A stretch of 64,000 nucleotides of DNA from contig MU057615.1 in NCBI GenBank assembly GCA_013265495.1, positions 62,001-126,000 on the forward strand. Reading direction: 5' to 3'. The stretch comes from Vicugna vicugna. Lineage: Eukaryota. The first letter of the stretch is position 1. Every line of letters starts with the position of its first letter. The notes beneath the pieces are model-generated. The model worked only from the letters and a program-made list of their open reading frames with translations, made no database searches and had not been told where the DNA came from. Shown here in pieces: positions 50,222 to 62,410 of the stretch. A program made the position numbers and the translations under genes.

Positions 50222-52398
50222 TGGAAAATCTGAATAAACTGATAAAAAAAACTCCTAGAACTAATAAATGATTATAGCGAGACTTCAGGATACAAGGTTA
50301 ACCTACCAAGTCAATTCCTTTCCTATCTACCAGCAATGAACGTGTGGAATTTGAAATTAAATATACAATAGCAATGTATGTATATGCATGACTGGGACAT
50401 TGTGCTGTACACCAGAAACTGACAGTTTTTAAATTGAAGTATAGTCAGTCGCAATGTGCAGAAATTGACACATTATAACTGAGTGTACTTCACTATAAAT
50501 CAATCCATCAACCAAGACAAATTGGGGAAAAATATACAATACCATTTACATTAGCACCCCCCTCAAATAAAATACTTAGGTATAAATCTAACAAAATGTG
50601 AAAAAGATCTATATGAAGAAAACTACAAAACTCTGATGAGTGGAATAAATAAATGGAGAGATACTTCATTTTCATGGATAAAAAGACTCAACATCATCAA
50701 GGTGTCAGTTCTTCCCAAATTGACCTGGACTTTGGATGCAATCCCAATAAAAATCCCAGCAAATTATTTTGTGGCTATTGACAAAAACTGGTGTTAAAGT
50801 GTATATGGAGAGGCAAAATACCCAAAATAGCCAACACGATACTGAAGGAGAAGAACAAAGCTGGAGGACTGATGCTACCCAGCTCTTCAAGACTTACTTT
50901 ATAGTCCAGTAATCAAGACAGTGAGGTACTGGTGAAAACATAAGCAAACAGATCAACAGAACAGAATAGAGATCCCAGAAAAAGGCATATATATTCTACT
51001 AACATTTGACAGAGGAGCAAAAGCAATATAATGGAGCAAAGATAGTCTTTTCAGCATCACATGCAAAAAAAAAAAGTGAATCCAGATGCACACATTACAT
51101 GATTCACAAAACTTAATGGATCAAACAGACATGTACAATGAAGAACACAAAACTCCTAAAAGATACAGGAGAAAACCTCAGTGACGTTGGGTATGGTGAT
51201 CACTTTTCAGATACCACACCAACGGCATGATCCATCGAAGAAATAATTGATAAGCTGGACCTCATTAAAATTGGAAACTTGTCTTCGGTGAAAGATAATG
51301 TCTGGAGAATGAGAAGATAAACAACAGACTTGAAGAAAATATTTGCAAAAGACGACTCTGATAATGGACTGGTTTCTAAAATACAGAAAGAACTCTTAAA
51401 AATTTGTCAATAAGACAACAACTTGATTGAAAAATGGACCAAAGACCTTAATGGACACTTCACCAAAGAAGGTGGTGAATAAACGTGTAGAAGATGCTCC
51501 ACGTCATATGTGCTCAGGGAGATGCAAATTAGAACAACAGTGAGGTACCACTATACACTTATAGAATGGCCCAGATCCAGAGCACTGATGATGCCAGATG
51601 CTGGTGATGATGTGAAGCAACGGGAACTCGCATTCAGTGCTGGTGGGAATGCAAAACGATACAGCCACTTTGAAAGACAATTGGGCAGTTTCTTAACAAA
51701 ACTAAACATTCTCTTACCATATGGTCCAGCAGTTGTGCTCCTTGGTATTTACAAAGGACTTGAAAACTTATGTCCACACAAAAACCAGATGTTTATAGCA
51801 GCTCTGTTCATAATGGCCAAAACTTGGAAGCAACTAAGATGACCTTCAGTAGGTGAATGGATAAACAAACTGTGGAACATCTGGACAACAAAATACTATT
51901 TAGCACTAAAAAGAAATGAGCTCTTAAGCCATGAAAAGACAGAGAGGGGCCTTAAGTGCATCTTACTAAGTGAAACAAGCCAATCTGAAAAGGCTACATA
52001 CCATGTGATTCCAACTATATGACATTCTGGGAAAGGCAAAACTATGGAGACAATAGGAAGATGAGTGGGTGCCAGGGTTCTGGAGGGAGGCAGGAATAGG
52101 CAGGAATTTTAGAGTACAGAGTATTAAAACCATAATGGTGATTACATGCCATCATGTCCAAGACCATCAACTCTACAACCCAGAGTGAATCCTCATGTAA
52201 ACTATAGATTTTGGATAAATCTGATGCCTTGTAGGTTCGCCCATTGTAACAAGTGTACCGCTGTGGTGGGAGGTGTTGATGGTGGAGGAGGCGGTGCGTG
52301 CGTGGGGGATAAGGAATGTATAGGAAATCTCTGTGCCTTCCTCTCAGTTTTACTGTGAACATTAAACTGCTCTAAAAACTAAAAACTTAAAAAAAAAA
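50222..52398 (+). mobile_element. Old L1 (L1MC/MD-like) ORF2 3' half plus 3' UTR and A-tail
   Basis: ORF 51510 reads LREMQIRTTVRYHYT...MFIAALFIMAKTWKQ; ends taaactgctctaaaaactaaaaacttaaaaaaaaaa. Confidence 0.92.
50371..50529 (+). mobile_element. Short lineage-specific L1 3' end nested in the old L1
   Basis: 12-bp TSD AAATATACAATA (50359-50370 and 50530-50541). Confidence 0.8.
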
Positions 52399-54399
52399 AG
52401 AACATGATATACTTTCCAGGTAAATAATTAGAAGATTAAATGCAAGCTCTTCAGCCTTTAAGGGAGCTTCACTTATTCCAAAATTTCCCAAATAGGCTTA
52501 ACATTGAAAACATTCACACTCATGTTTTTTGGTGAGAGGCACCTGCCTTGTTTCATCAAATAGCCTCACTGGTACTGAGACCCCATCGTGGGTGCGGGAA
52601 GGGCTTGGGCAGGCTCCCACCTTCCTTCCAAGGAAGGGCGGCGGTCAGGTGGAGAGCTTCGGCAGGGATGGGGTGCCCTCTCTGCCTGCTGCCTTTTCTA
52701 AAAACAAAAGCAAGACAAAAGTCCAAGTGTTGTGCCAGATATTAGAGCTGTATTTAACCACATTCATGACACCACTGATCTGTGGAAACCCATTCACTTC
52801 GGCGGGGGGCAGGTCTCAGACGTGTGTTCTGCATTTCCTCCCATTTGCTTCATTTTTCTGCCCCAGTCTGCCAGTCTCCTCCTTGCTAACGCTTATGCTG
52901 TGTGTCGGATTTACTCCCTGCCAATGTTCTTTTAAAAAGAAGTAGCCAGCGCTTTTAGATGCCTCCTGCAGGGACAGTTCAGAGGACGAGGGGTCAGCTG
53001 GGCTGCCTGTTGGGTGACTCGGGACCCCGCAGACTCCCAGCGGCCCCTGAGCTCCCCAGCTTCTCTTTCTCTAGCTCATTACTGGGCCCTCTCTCTGACT
53101 TTGCTGTCCTCAAAAAGGTGTGGCAGCTCCCTAAGCACCCTGGACAGGGCCTGGCACAACTTGGCGTGTTGAGAATGTGAGGCGTGGCACCATGGGTGGC
53201 GGTGGGGGGCTGCACACAGCCAGGGCGGAAAGATAGACCTCTGTCTGCCTTCTGCTTTCTCCCACCCCTGCTTGGCCCCCAGCAGGTGTGCCCCTACTTT
53301 CTAGGGGCCACGATGAGAAGGGAGATGGGTCTCCCAGATGCGTCTCACTCTTACCATGTAACCTGTCCTGCGCTTCCCTGCAGTTCAGCATTTTGCAAAC
53401 TTTTCCCCCCATTGAAGTCTGAAATCTAGTCGTCTTTGTTTGTTTGGGGTGGATGTTTGTTTTTTTTAAATACTTTTTTTCTGGATTTATTATAGAATGA
53501 TTTGATTATTTTTGCACTCTCTGAAATCCATGAAAATCTAAGACACTGAGATCAAAATACTCAGGTTGTCCTGGTCAAAACTTTTAGTGGAAAATTATGG
53601 GCTGGCTACAACCCTTTTCAGGAAACTCTGGTTTCTTTCGTGGTTGTCAGAGGTCCCCTATATAGCCCAAAACATTCCTCTCGTTATAAAGTTTATTTTG
53701 ATTTTTTGTTATTTTATTTACTATTCCACAAATGTTTGCTATTAAAAAGAATAAAATAATGCCATTTGCAGCAACAGGGATGGACCTGGAGATTGTCATA
53801 CGAAATCTAGACTTGGTAGATTCTTCTAACGACCTCCCATGCATGACAAGGACTTTAGAATGCTTTGTTATTCGCTGGCGGAGGCTCAGTTTGCCTCTCT
53901 TTACCTAATCCTGTGTTATCCAACACGTTTGCAAAAACCTTTCTGGGAAAGGTGGTGTCCATTTCTCAGGCATGAACCGCAGGCGGAGATCAGGGGTTCT
54001 GAGTCACTTGGATCAAGAGTGTGGCTGTGTAATGGCTGGTCCATGATGGATGAACACAGACAGTGGCCCTCTTTGAGGACATGTGACATGGGTTTTTTTC
54101 TAGTCCTGGGGATGGTTTCTGCAGGGCCGTATCCTTCCCCTCATTCCTCTTTTAGGCATCGGTTAATATCAGCATTTGGTTGCCTAAGCTTACTGGTGCT
54201 AGTTAAACTTACATGTGTGTGTGTCTTCCCGAGCTGACCTTGCCTGTCCCAGAAGGGACGGAAGCGTGCCCTTGGTGGTATTTACACGCAGCTTAATGAT
54301 AGGAGGGAACTGGTGAGGATAAGCGTGCACTGGATCAGGGAGACTGTCCACAGATCTCTGCTTTACTGCTGTTCTGATGTGGCGTTAACCCACTTGAGG

Positions 54400-55130
54400 T
54401 GTGTTACGAGTAAGACCCGCAGAGGCTGGCTGTCCTGTGGATGGCAAAAACTAGGGGAGTTGAGGCGGGCCTCGAGGGCACTGAAGACCAGACATGGGTG
54501 CAGATCCCGCACGCTCGGGCCGGAACGGCAGATGAGCTGCGAAGTCAGAGCTAATTCCACCTACATGATTAAGTTTACCTAGATCTGAAAAGAGAAAAGC
54601 GAGGGTCCGCAAGATCAGAAAGCTTCAGGGACTTGAGAACTAGAGGAGGCTGCCGGCTCGGCCCTGCCACCTGGGAGCACAGGGTGGCCCCCCAGAACAA
54701 GCCAGAGCCACGCGGCAACCGCCGCACCCGGGGCGGGAAGCTGCTCATTCCCAAAGGTCACTGGTCGGGTGCGTGCCTCCGGCAGTGTGTTTCCGAGGGG
54801 AGCCCACTGCACGGTTTCCAAGCCCGCTCCTGGGCGCCGCTGTGAAGTGCGAGCGCCCGCAGAACCTGGGCAGGGCCCACGCTGTGGCTGTTCCACGTGC
54901 TGTGTCTGCAGGCGTGATCTTCCAAGCTTTAAACTCGCCGTTACGTTTGCCCAGTTGATTTCAATAAAGGGAGGTTTGAGCACTTGCTGTGGCTGTTCGC
55001 GGTGGTGTCACTGGCCTGGAAGCGAAGGCCCGGCCACTGCAGCTCTGTGTCTGTGGCCAAGAGCTCCATGTTTCTCACTCCTTATCCCCCAGGGCACCAC
55101 GGTCCTGAGAGATGGCGGTGCGGCTGAGTG
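54400..55130. promoter_or_regulatory. CpG-rich, island-like segment
   Basis: Dense CpG dinucleotides in non-repeat sequence and a GC box (ggggcggg near 54729); CpG observed/expected not computed. Confidence 0.35.
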
Positions 55131-55254
55131 ATGCCACTGCCCTGAGGTCCCCAGATGCCCCCTGCCCCGGCCTCCCAGCCCTAACCCAGGATCCTTCCCA
55201 GCTCTACCCTGGGCTCCAGAAGTGAGAGACTCCACCCATATTAGCAGGAACTTG

Positions 55255-55722
55255 TGTTACTGAAGGCAAGTTCATGTGCCTGCCGCACCACGAGGCCAAA
55301 CAAAATGAAACATCAAAGTTTGGAGCAGAGAAATGTCCATTGCAGGGCCGAGCAAGGAGGTTGGGGTGGTTCATGCCTAAGGAAACCCTGAACTCCCTGA
55401 AGAATTTCAGCAAAGCATTTTTAAAGGCCAGGTGAGGGAGGGGGAGTCACAGGGTACGTGATCAGCCCATGCACAGTCCTCTGGTTGATGTGGAGGGAAC
55501 AGGGCATCAACACATCAACCCCCAGGAACCAGAAGGTCTGGGGGCCACGTGCCCTCGATCATCAGGTAAATTTCTTCCCTTTGGTGGTGGTTTTGAATGT
55601 CTGAAAAACTCAGGAAATATACAAGAGATGCTATGATCTGGGTCCCCAAGAGAGGAGCTGCAGCAGAGGATGTGGGGAAGGGGTCTGACCCTGGAAGGCC
55701 CCCAGGGTCCTGCTCAGTTACA
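55255..55722 (-). mobile_element. ERV1-class solo LTR, family D
   Basis: TG...CA termini, perfect TSD CTTG, and reverse homologue of 32105-32577. Confidence 0.92.
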
Positions 55723-56267
55723 CTTGTAGGACCCTGGGTGGGGAGGGGAGGTGGCTGTTAAACACTGGCTGCTAAAACATTGCATCTCACTCCTGCTTCG
55801 GCACCTGGCTCTTGTGCACATGCAAGTGTTTTATAAACTACAAGGGCCGCAGTGATCACCTCTCGCTCCCATTGGACATTCGATGTGTTGTGCTCCGAGG
55901 GCCACACAGGAAAGCCAAGCATCCTGCTCTCAAGATAGACACACGTAACACCAGAAAGAGGGCGCAGGCCATTCGCTCCTTCCATGGGGGTCTTTGGTGT
56001 TCCCCTTGTAGGCCAGATACCACCAGGTCACCCCCGGGCACTGCCTCCCAGGGGGCAGAGCTCCCGGACTCCCCGAGACGGGTGCTGAGCGGAGAGGGTG
56101 AGCGGCATACCCAGCCCCCAGACAGGGTGGAAAGGAGGGCAGGAACCGCGGTCAGGGCTTCCCGGTGCCCTGAGGAAGCCTCGCCATCCCCGTGGGCTTC
56201 CAGGGGGTGGTTCTCCATCTTCCTGGCATCAGGGTACTTCCTCTTCATGGCAAGAAGGGAAACCAAA

Positions 56268-56670
56268 GCTTCCCTCTTCCTTCTGAAGTTCAGTGACTGG
56301 AGCCCTGCGAACTGAACTGCGAGAAGACAGGTGAACAGGAGAGAAGTGTTTCTTTCATATGCACGTGGCCAACCTCACAGAAATGAATGAAAACCCCAGA
56401 GAGGCAGTCAGACCTGGAGTTTTAGACACCGTTCTAACAAAGGGCCATAGGTTTATGGAGACATAGCAAGACAAAGGAAAAGGGTTCTGAGAGTCTGGGG
56501 GCAGGACATTTTGAGAAGGTAAACGTGCGAGGAAACTAATGGAAGATGAGGCTGGGTTAGTGGTGTCTGTGCGGCCCAGCGTGGGGCTGGCCTTCTGGTT
56601 CAAGTCCTCAGACAGTCTGCCAGGCAAAACATAACTCTCAGGTTTCACGTTGTGCATGTTTTAGTCGACA
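56268..56670. mobile_element. LTR fragments, ending in a short + strand MER41-like 3' end (about 56595-56670)
   Basis: caagtcctcagacagtctgcc...aaaacataactctca...ttgtgcatgttttagtcgaca resembles the end of the 59306 copy; the upstream part is LTR-like. Confidence 0.55.
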
Positions 56671-57692
56671 CAGCACTGCCAGCCTCGGGGCTGGCCTGGG
56701 TTTCAGTTTGGGACAATGGCTGTTCTCCTCCCAGGCCATATAGTGTGGCCCCGAAGGATGGAAAGCATCCCATTGGGGTGAAGCTCCTCCCCCAGCAGTA
56801 GTCACATAAGGTCAGGGTGAGAGACGCTCTGCCCTGAATGGTGAAGCCGAGAGCGCCTCCCCCAGCCCCACCGTCCGGGACAGCACAGGGCGGGGGGGCA
56901 GGATGACGGACGCGCACTCCTCTGTGGGCCGCGGAGGCCTGGGTGTGGGATGCCACCCCGCCACGCTCCGCCGTCCCGGCCCCCGTCCAGCAGCTCTGCG
57001 CCCGGCAGGCCGACAGCACCCCGCCTGCAGACATTACCCCTCGGCTCCTACTGACCTGCTGCCGACCTCGGCTCTGGGGACTGGGCAGCTGAGGGACACA
57101 GCGTCAGGGAAACCTAATTCCTGCCTCCTCCTCTCTTTGAGATAAAACATGCCCCTCAATTAATATGATCTACTTAAGACAGATTTTCAGAAATAGACTC
57201 ATTGGGTCAGTCTGGTTTTGCCATGACTTGTGCAGCCGCTTTCCCCAAGAGCCTTCCCGGTCACACCCTCACGAGCAGTCGTGGAAAGTGGTCATTTCAC
57301 TGCTTAGCACGGGATGTTTCTTCTTATCACTAATCCATTATCCAAAATCGTGGATCAGGAATTCATTTCAGTCTTTAAAATGGACAGTCTGTGCAAAGCG
57401 CCATTTAACCTTTCAGTCCGTTGAATCTAGAATTGTTTATTTTTTCTTCTCGTTTTCCTCTCAACCATCAACAAAAACCCAGGCGTGTGTTTTGGGTTAC
57501 ATCTCAGTGAGGAGAATTGCTTGGGCTTTCGGGACTGATTAAGGGGACTCAGAACATGCTGTAAGTAGATGAGGACTTTTATTAACTAACTGGGTAAAGT
57601 CATGTAAGACGTTTGAGGGAGACTTATCCCCTGAGGGTTGCAGAAACGTGATTCTTCTCCTTTCTTCATTGACCTTTATTTTTGGATACCAG

Positions 57693-57788
57693 CTGTGCCC
57701 CCAGTGTACACTGTACAGGGCAGCCTCCTCCTCTTCCCATTTGCTTGGAGAAGAGTCTGAAGACCACTGGTGTAACTCCTGGTACAAT
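57693..57788 (+). other. Candidate exon (96 nt), best-supported; unidentified gene
   Basis: Long pyrimidine tract with cattgac branch-like motif, ataccag| acceptor and consensus AAT|gtaagt donor. Open in phase 0 (LCPQCTLYRAASSSSHLLGEESEDHWCNSWYN) and phase 2 (CAPSVHCTGQPPPLPICLEKSLKTTGVTPGT). Confidence 0.35.
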
Positions 57789-57823
57789 GTAAGTTTATGT
57801 TGCTGCACATTGCTTCCTGAAGA

Positions 57824-58476
57824 TGTTGCTGGTGGATGTAACTGGTGTCCAGGTTCTTGTCTCATTGCAAAAAGAGTTCAGAGGCAAGGTGCGGAGGTTA
57901 AGAAAGTAAAGTGGGGACTTATTGAGGGATGGATAGTACTCTCAAGAGGAGAGCGGGCAGGCTCAGGTGAGCGGCTGCCCTGAGTTTCTCTGGCAAGTTC
58001 GTTACATAGGGTGTAAAAATGAATGGGCGGAATATTCATTGGGGAGGGAAGAGTTTGGGGTCTTATTCCCTGATATCATCCCAACTCCACCTTCCCAAAG
58101 GGAGAAGGGATTTCTGTCCTTATTTAGTCTGGATCGGAAATGTCACAGTGTTGGTGCATGATGGGTACTTCTAATTTCCAAGGCTAATTTTATTGAAATG
58201 AGGGCATAATGAGCGAAAGGTTACGTTCAGACACTGGAGATTCCTGCCTTTTCCCACCTTTCTTTGTCAGCCTCCAGGCTGCTTGTCACCCTGAAATGTG
58301 TGACTGCTCATCAGCCCAGAGGTCCCTGCTTTTCTTTCTCTGCCCAGGGACCCCTGGTGCTCACACGATTAGGGTCTCCTGCATTGGGCCTGTGCCCCTC
58401 CTTTCTGTCCACTTCCTGCCATTTGGCCTGTGTCCTCCTTTCTCTGCTCATATCTAGCTGTCTGCCTGCTCTAACA
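57824..58476 (-). mobile_element. ERV1-class solo LTR, family E copy 2
   Basis: tgttgctggtgga...ctctaaca; minus-strand AATAAA (gactttattg); homologous to 41988. Confidence 0.9.
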
Positions 58477-58905
58477 AAATTTAAAAAAAAAGTCAATGAT
58501 TACATGGCTTGAAAAAGAATTGAGGAGTTACATAATGAAATCAAACAAAAACATGAAACAAAAAATATTAAGGCAGAGGGACTGAGTAGATGCTAATTTT
58601 TGAAGCACCCAGATAAGAAGCCTTTGGCAAGTGAAACTCTTTCCAGGGCGCCCTCTCAGAAGGCCCAGGGGCCTAGAGGGTCTGTCCCGTGTGCGCACAG
58701 GCTGCAGGGTCCCACAGCTCATCTGTCACACCTTGGACGTAATTACACTTCCAGATGCCTCTGTAATGTTTTTTTTTGGTCTTATTACAGCCAAGTGGCT
58801 GTTTTCTAGACTGTCTGAATGGCCCTTCATAATTTCTCCTGTGTGCGTCTGGGTAAATGTGGCTTGTTTTAGCTTCATAAAATGTTGCTTCCTTCTGTTT
58901 TTCAG

Positions 58906-59000
58906 CTACTCGAAATTTGAGGTCAGCAAACTGACCTTCCCTGTCCAGATGGCAAATAAAAATGATGAAGATGCTGTTCCATATCTTTTTTTTATTTTGA
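58906..59000 (+). other. Candidate exon; 3' end uncertain (58921 or 59000)
   Basis: Strong acceptor ttgcttccttctgtttttcag|; open in phase 2 (YSKFEVSKLTFPVQMANKNDEDAVPYLFFIL); donors are weak. Confidence 0.25.
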
Positions 59001-59305
59001 GTAAAGCCATGCCCTGGGTGTTTTTATGATTGCCCCCAAAAGGGTTACGTGATTGAAATCCACTTAGTTTGAGGACAGCAGGTGCATTCATTTTCCGGAG
59101 CTGGCTCTGTATTCTTTTTTTAAACCCAGTTAAATGTACATTCTTTCTGTGTTCCCAGCATAGATTCCCCTGTAGTTTGGGCTTAACCCGTCTCTCTTTT
59201 CCCTTCCCATCCTCTTCCCAGGGAAACTTAGCTAAGCCTAAGACTCCAGCACATTCATCAACACAAGACTCCCATGCTTTTTAAGTGCTGCCCCCGAGTT
59301 GGAAT

Positions 59306-59820
59306 TGCGAACGAAAAATACTGCCAGCCATGGCAGTAAACAAAGGGTGCTGTGGCCATCAAGTCATCGGCCGCTACCGCCACCCCTGAGAGAGAGCGGA
59401 GGGAACTCAGGGTGCAGACAAGCAGGCCGCCTGGCCTCTGCTGCCACCCCCAGTGGTGCCCCCTGAGGGGACTCAGGATGTGGAAGAACAGGGTACTCAC
59501 TTTAGGCAGCTAGGTGCATCTCAGTGGGATGATTTCAATGAGCCCAGACCTTTGCACCTTCCCACACATCGAAAAGTGCTAAATTCCTTAACTTGAGGTG
59601 TCTGCTTTTCTTTAACTCACAGTAATCTTATGATGTTCTGACTAACTGGTCTTTGTTGTAAAAAACTTCTACGTATCCTGGCTCCTCCCCTGCCTCTTCG
59701 GAGCAGTCCCTCAGAGCCATCTGGGAGGCTGTCATCCTGGGCTTAAGTCTGAAGTCAGAAAGGTCCACCGAGTAAAACATGACCCTCACCTTTAGGTTGT
59801 GCGTTTTGTTTCGGTCAGCA
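59306..59820 (+). mobile_element. MER41-like solo LTR
   Basis: TG...CA termini and gaat/gact flanks; reverse complement of the 31119 family. Confidence 0.87.
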
Positions 59821-60949
59821 GACTCAAACCCCTTCAGTGCTGAGAGTCAGCAGCACGAGAGGTCCCACCAGGGATGGTGGGCTTGAATCCTGGCTCCGTG
59901 GTTTCCTGGTGATGTCATCTCAGGCAGCACCCCGCCCATGTAGAGAGGGGGCAATAGAAGAACCTGCCTCAGGGAGGTTAAGAATCGTGTGTGAAGTGCT
60001 TAGAAGAGCACCTGGGAGAGGGAATTCATGTCGAAGACATGTCAGCCATGATTATTGCTGATGTGGCTCCTGTCAGACCCACCTCTTTCCTTGAATTTCA
60101 TTCTGGGACTTCCAGCCAAAGATCCAAAAAGCAGAGTCCTAATTTGCCAAAGTGAACTAGTGGAGGACATGGATTTGGGGACCTAGAGGTACTTGAGTAC
60201 CATATGAGTGCATCTTGCCGGCACATGGAGTTTCTCAGTGTAAACAGTGATCTAAGAATTAAAGGTGTCAAGTGGCAGAACTCACTACCCCAAAAGGTAG
60301 GCGCTCCCCCACCCTGAGTGTGTTCAAGATCTTAAGGCCCTTGAGAGGTATTTGGAGTGACTTCTGGTGTTCAGCTAGATGATCTTACAAATCAGAGCCT
60401 GGTTCCGGCTGTGGCCGCAGCGGCGGTCCTGGGGACGCTGAAGTCCTAGACGGTGGCTGAGCTGCCCTGGAATATGCCAGCCCAGAGCACGTGGAGGGGC
60501 TCCACCCCCATTCTCCCTCACCTCCCTTTAGGTCCCCTGCTGCTCTTGGGCACCCAGAGCCTGGGGTAGAATTAAAAACATTCCCTGCCAAGCTGAAGCG
60601 ATCACCACACTTTTCTCCATTTGTTTACCTCTTCTGGTTGATTTTTTATTACTTTCTTATGGGTGGACTTGCAGTAATTAAGACATCCATTTGCATCTTT
60701 ATAACATTTCTTTTCAATCCAACATTGATGTGAGGGGCCCTGAAGAAATTCTTTGATAAACAACTAAAACATTTTTTGTTGTTGTTGTGCTGAAATGTGA
60801 AGGCAGTTCATAATTAAATGATCTTTTTTTCACTAGAGTAATAAAAATGCATTCCAAAACATTGGAATAGGAAGAAAAAAAATTTTTTAAATATTCATAA
60901 TCCTACTACCCTAAAACAGTCACTTTAAGCATTTTGGTAAGCTTAAAAT

Positions 60950-61080
60950 ACTAGATGGATGGATAAGATAGATGAATAGAAGATAGATACATAGATACAT
61001 AGATAGATTGGAAGAGACAGATGTTGCACTGTTAAATATATGTGTATATATGAATATATATATATGACACACACACATTA
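60950..61080 (+). repeat. Degenerate (TAGA)n/(TA)n/(CA)n simple repeats
   Basis: gatagatacatagatacatagatagat..., atatatat, acacacac. Confidence 0.75.
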
Positions 61081-62104
61081 CCACATTGGTAGATAGCTAG
61101 ATAGATACCTGTAAAAAGACATTCACACACAGTTTTTGTGTGTCACGTACTTGTTCACAGTCCGCCCCCTGCACACTCAGGAGGCCCCACAGCCTTGCCC
61201 TTCAGGTTGGTACAGGTGACCCCAGTGAGGGGCTGCCCCCAAGTCTGCCTGGCCCAGTTCCCTGCCACAGGACACCCTGACTGCTCTCCTGTTCATGTGT
61301 GAACAGTCCTGTATACAATGTCTTCTGTGTTTAGAAGTATCTCCTTTAGATGAAGTTCCAGAACATATCAGGGTTTAAGATGGGATATTTTTAAAAGCTG
61401 CTTCACCTTGCTGACTTTACCCTCCTCTGGAGCCGGGGCTGGGCACCTAGGGTGGGGTACACTGAGAGTCAAAGCTCAGAGTGCCCCCTCCTCTCCCACT
61501 GCTGGTCCCGCATCCCCCAGAGTGAACGCTTAGGGTTAAGGTGGCACCTCGCTGAGGGAGGGGGGTCAGTAGTGTCCCATGTTTGTGACCCTATTTTGCC
61601 AGCACCGAGAGAAATAAAGCAGAAACACAAGTAAGTTCTGGGGATCTAATGTCCAGCATGGTGACTATAGTTAACAATGTTGCATTACATACTTGAATGT
61701 TGTATTATTCATGTTTCAGCCAAATTGTTAAATTCAAAGCTGGATTTTAGTGTCTCTGCGCGGAATCGTTCTCTTAGAAGCCCTGACATACTCAGTCACG
61801 TTGCCCCCATCCAGCTCTGAGGACGCAGTTTGTCAGGAGCCTCGATAGTGCACAGTTTTACTCTCCTAAGGCTCCCAGGGAAGTGAGCGCTCACCTCAGC
61901 CTGACCTTTCTCTGACCAGGCTGGCAACACAGGCTGATGAAGCAGCATCCAGGTGTTTGTGTCAAATCCTAGGGTGACACACAGCCTCCCTCTGTGCCTC
62001 GGCTTACTCACCTGCATGTGAGTGGGTTTGACGTCAACAGTGTTACAACACCCTTCCCTGCCCTCGCAGAGGATCACCACAAAGGGATTGACGGTGAGAA
62101 TGCA

Positions 62105-62410
62105 TTTTTTGACAGCTACATAGAGATGAAATTGACACAGAACATTGTGTAAGTTTAAGGTGTACAGTGTGTTAGTTTGATGTGCTTATATATTACAAAA
62201 CGATCATCACCAAAGCGTTACCTAACACCTCCATCTCATCACGTAGTTACCGTCAAAAAAGATTGACTTTTTAGCAGCATTCAAGTATGGAATACGCTGT
62301 TGTTAACTGTAGTCACCACGCTGTACGTTAGATCCCGAGAACTTGCTCATTTTGTAAGTCGAAGTTTGCGCCCTTTGATTCTCGGTCCATCTCCCCCAAC
62401 AACCACTTTC
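62105..62410 (-). mobile_element. L1MA-like 3' end
   Basis: attgtgtaagtttaaggtgtacagtgtg...ttgttaactgtagtcaccacgctgtacgttagatcccgagaactt. Confidence 0.82.

Noticed and set aside
55812..56315. Longest ORF in the window (167 aa)
   Set aside because: Non-ATG start, GC-rich low-information sequence, no recognisable domain, and it runs into an LTR fragment; expected by chance.
41988..58476. Family-E LTR pair as the ends of a 16-kb provirus or segmental duplication
   Set aside because: The interior is ordinary genomic DNA with ancient MER58, MIR and L1 repeats, and the flanks are not homologous.
31119..59820. Interferon-inducible STAT1 enhancer role for the MER41-like LTRs
   Set aside because: I found no TTCNNNGAA motif in either full copy. 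Isolated GAS motifs elsewhere (6802, 10388) are expected by chance.
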